From: Candidatus Acidiferrum sp.
Lineage (GTDB): Bacteria; Chloroflexota; Dormibacteria; CF-121
NCBI GenBank assembly: GCA_035602395.1
Contig: DATNMH010000068.1
Span: 920-64,919, forward strand
Length of the DNA stretch: 64,000 nucleotides
Reading direction: 5' to 3'
This document shows positions 62,735 to 64,000 of this stretch, one piece after another (the stretch's first letter is position 1; each line of letters begins with the position of its first letter). The notes under the pieces are model-generated. The model made no database searches, had not been told where the DNA came from, and saw nothing but the letters and a program-made list of their open reading frames with translations. The position numbers and the translations under genes are program-made.

Positions 62735-63313
62735 ATGAAGTGGGCATTTGACGTCTACCACAGTAGCGTCACGTTTACGATCCGTCACATGATGTCGAAG
62801 GTGCGCGGCCAGATGAAGATCAAAGAGGGCTGGCTCGAGGTCGACAACAATGTCCTCAGCACGGCCAAGGTCGACGTCGTTCTAGACGCCGCCAGTATCG
62901 ATACCGGGGTGGAGATGCGCGACAACCACCTGCGCAGCGCCGACGGACATTTTGACGTCGCGAATTATCCAACCATCACGTTCAAGAGCAAGCGAATTGA
63001 GGGCACGGACCCCGCGAGCTTCAAGGTGATCGGTGACCTGAACATCCACGGCATCACCAAGGAAGTGGCGCTGACCGCCAGCTTCAACGGCGAGGGCAAG
63101 GACCCGTGGGGCAATCGCCGTGTGAGCTTCGACGCGGAGACCAAGCTGAACCGCAAGGACTACAACCTGACCTGGAACCAGGGGCTGGAAGCCGGCGGCT
63201 TCATCCTCGGTGACGAGGTCAAGTTGGAGATCGGCGTTGAGGCCGTCCCGGCGCCGACGCCGGCCGAGGCGCAGAAGGAAATCGACGCCGAAGTGGCCCT
63301 CGAGTCTCGCTAA
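62735..63313 (+). CDS. YceI-family polyisoprenoid-binding protein
   Basis: HSSVTFTIRHMMSKVRGQ..., ITFKSKRIEG, GDLNIHGITKEV. Confidence 0.9.
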   Translation: MKWAFDVYHSSVTFTIRHMMSKVRGQMKIKEGWLEVDNNVLSTAKVDVVLDAASIDTGVEMRDNHLRSADGHFDVANYPTITFKSKRIEGTDPASFKVIGDLNIHGITKEVALTASFNGEGKDPWGNRRVSFDAETKLNRKDYNLTWNQGLEAGGFILGDEVKLEIGVEAVPAPTPAEAQKEIDAEVALESR

Positions 63314-63330
63314 CCCGAACCCCCTTCATT

Positions 63331-63370
63331 AACAGCCCGCCAGGACTTCTGGCGGGCTGTTAGCTTTTTT
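63331..63370 (+). terminator. Rho-independent terminator after yceI
   Basis: aacagcccgccag-gactt-ctggcgggctgtt. A 13-bp perfect stem followed by agcTTTTTT. Confidence 0.9.
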
Positions 63371-63402
63371 CAAGCCATTGCCCCGGGTGACGGGATTCCG
63401 GG

Positions 63403-64000
63403 ATGGTCGCGTTGCTTCAGCGGGGGTCAGTCTTGAGCCGCGCTGTCTGCCGCACCTGCTGGACGTGGTACGCGAACGGCGAGTCCGTATGCCCAAAGTG
63501 CCACACTCGTCTCGTGGGGGCGGATAACAGGGCCTCGGCCAACGCAGCCGATGATGGTCCGCGCGCCCTTTCCACACCGGGGCCGCGCGATAGCGGCCTT
63601 TCCACAGCGGGGCCGCGCGTGGACGCGCCGTTTCCGGCGCCCGCCCAGTCGCGCTCGTCCGGGATCAGCTGGCCGGTGTGGCTCCTCATCGGCGCCGGCG
63701 CGCTTGCTGTGATCGCCGTGGTCGGCCTTATGGTCCTCGGCCTGAAGGTCACCGGGGCACTCGGCCCGGTAACGTCATCCGATGGTGTCTTTTCGGTCAA
63801 GGTTCCGAAGGGCTGGGCAGAGGGCAGCGCGGTGACGACAACGATGGCGACGCCGGTGCTGGCGCTCGCCGGCCTCAACAGCACCAACGGGGTGAAGCCG
63901 GAGTTCGTCGTTGCCGACGTAGGCCAGTCGATACCCCTCTCGACCATCGAGGCGGGCTGGGATCCAGTCCTGCGGAGCGGCCGGGTCAACGTGCCCGGCA
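63403..64000 (+). CDS. Zinc-ribbon / single-TM membrane protein, 3'-truncated by the window edge
   Basis: Hand translation: MVALLQRGSVLSRAVCRTCWTWYANGESVCPKCHTRL..., then the TM segment ISWPVWLLIGAGALAVIAVVGLMVLGL and an extracytoplasmic domain. Absent from the ORF track because there is no stop in the window. Alternative start TTG 63433. Confidence 0.6.
   Translation, partial: MVALLQRGSVLSRAVCRTCWTWYANGESVCPKCHTRLVGADNRASANAADDGPRALSTPGPRDSGLSTAGPRVDAPFPAPAQSRSSGISWPVWLLIGAGALAVIAVVGLMVLGLKVTGALGPVTSSDGVFSVKVPKGWAEGSAVTTTMATPVLALAGLNSTNGVKPEFVVADVGQSIPLSTIEAGWDPVLRSGRVNVPG

Noticed and set aside
63417-63989. Minus-strand 190-aa ORF at the window end
   Set aside because: The + strand frame encodes a coherent zinc-ribbon, TM and ectodomain protein. 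It starts just after the yceI terminator. The minus-strand frame is low-complexity.

Overview
High-GC (roughly two-thirds G+C by eye), densely coding bacterial chromosomal segment. I call about 72 protein genes and one tRNA-Asn(GTT). I see no rRNA, CRISPR array, transposase, integrase or prophage. Many gene junctions overlap by 1-4 nt (ATGA, GTGA, TGATG), so most genes sit in translationally coupled operons.

Main blocks:
- 3.7-7.9 kb: an SPFH / Tim44-like / zinc-ribbon membrane module around radC.
- 10.2-15.4 kb: a hybrid histidine kinase with an OmpR-type regulator, then an XRE regulator with two paralogous membrane proteins.
- 16.9-19.6 kb: divergent peptidoglycan hydrolases.
- 20.3-27.8 kb: a complete shikimate/chorismate operon, aroH-aroF-tyrA-aroA-aroE-aroC-aroK::aroB-aroQ.
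- 37-46.2 kb: a polyamine/GABA catabolic island.
- Several F420/deazaflavin-type enzymes, ABC transporters, a bacterial topoisomerase IB and glpX. The F420 enzymes and leaderless-looking promoters suggest an Actinomycetota- or Chloroflexota-like lineage, but this cannot be proven from the window.

Most notable non-standard signals:
1. A rhodanese gene whose frame is interrupted by a single TGA exactly at the catalytic-cysteine position, with a small hairpin 16 nt downstream. It is either a selenoprotein candidate or a pseudogene.
2. A ~33-37 nt hairpin plus G-tract repeat element in seven copies, all in the same orientation. Several copies lie in-frame inside genes or remodel gene ends.
3. A 436-bp lower-GC non-coding gap (6700-7135) with a bidirectional terminator, a 12-bp long-range inverted repeat and 3.5 copies of a 23-bp palindrome-containing tandem repeat.

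All functional calls rest on motif recognition by eye in the supplied translations. No database search was run.
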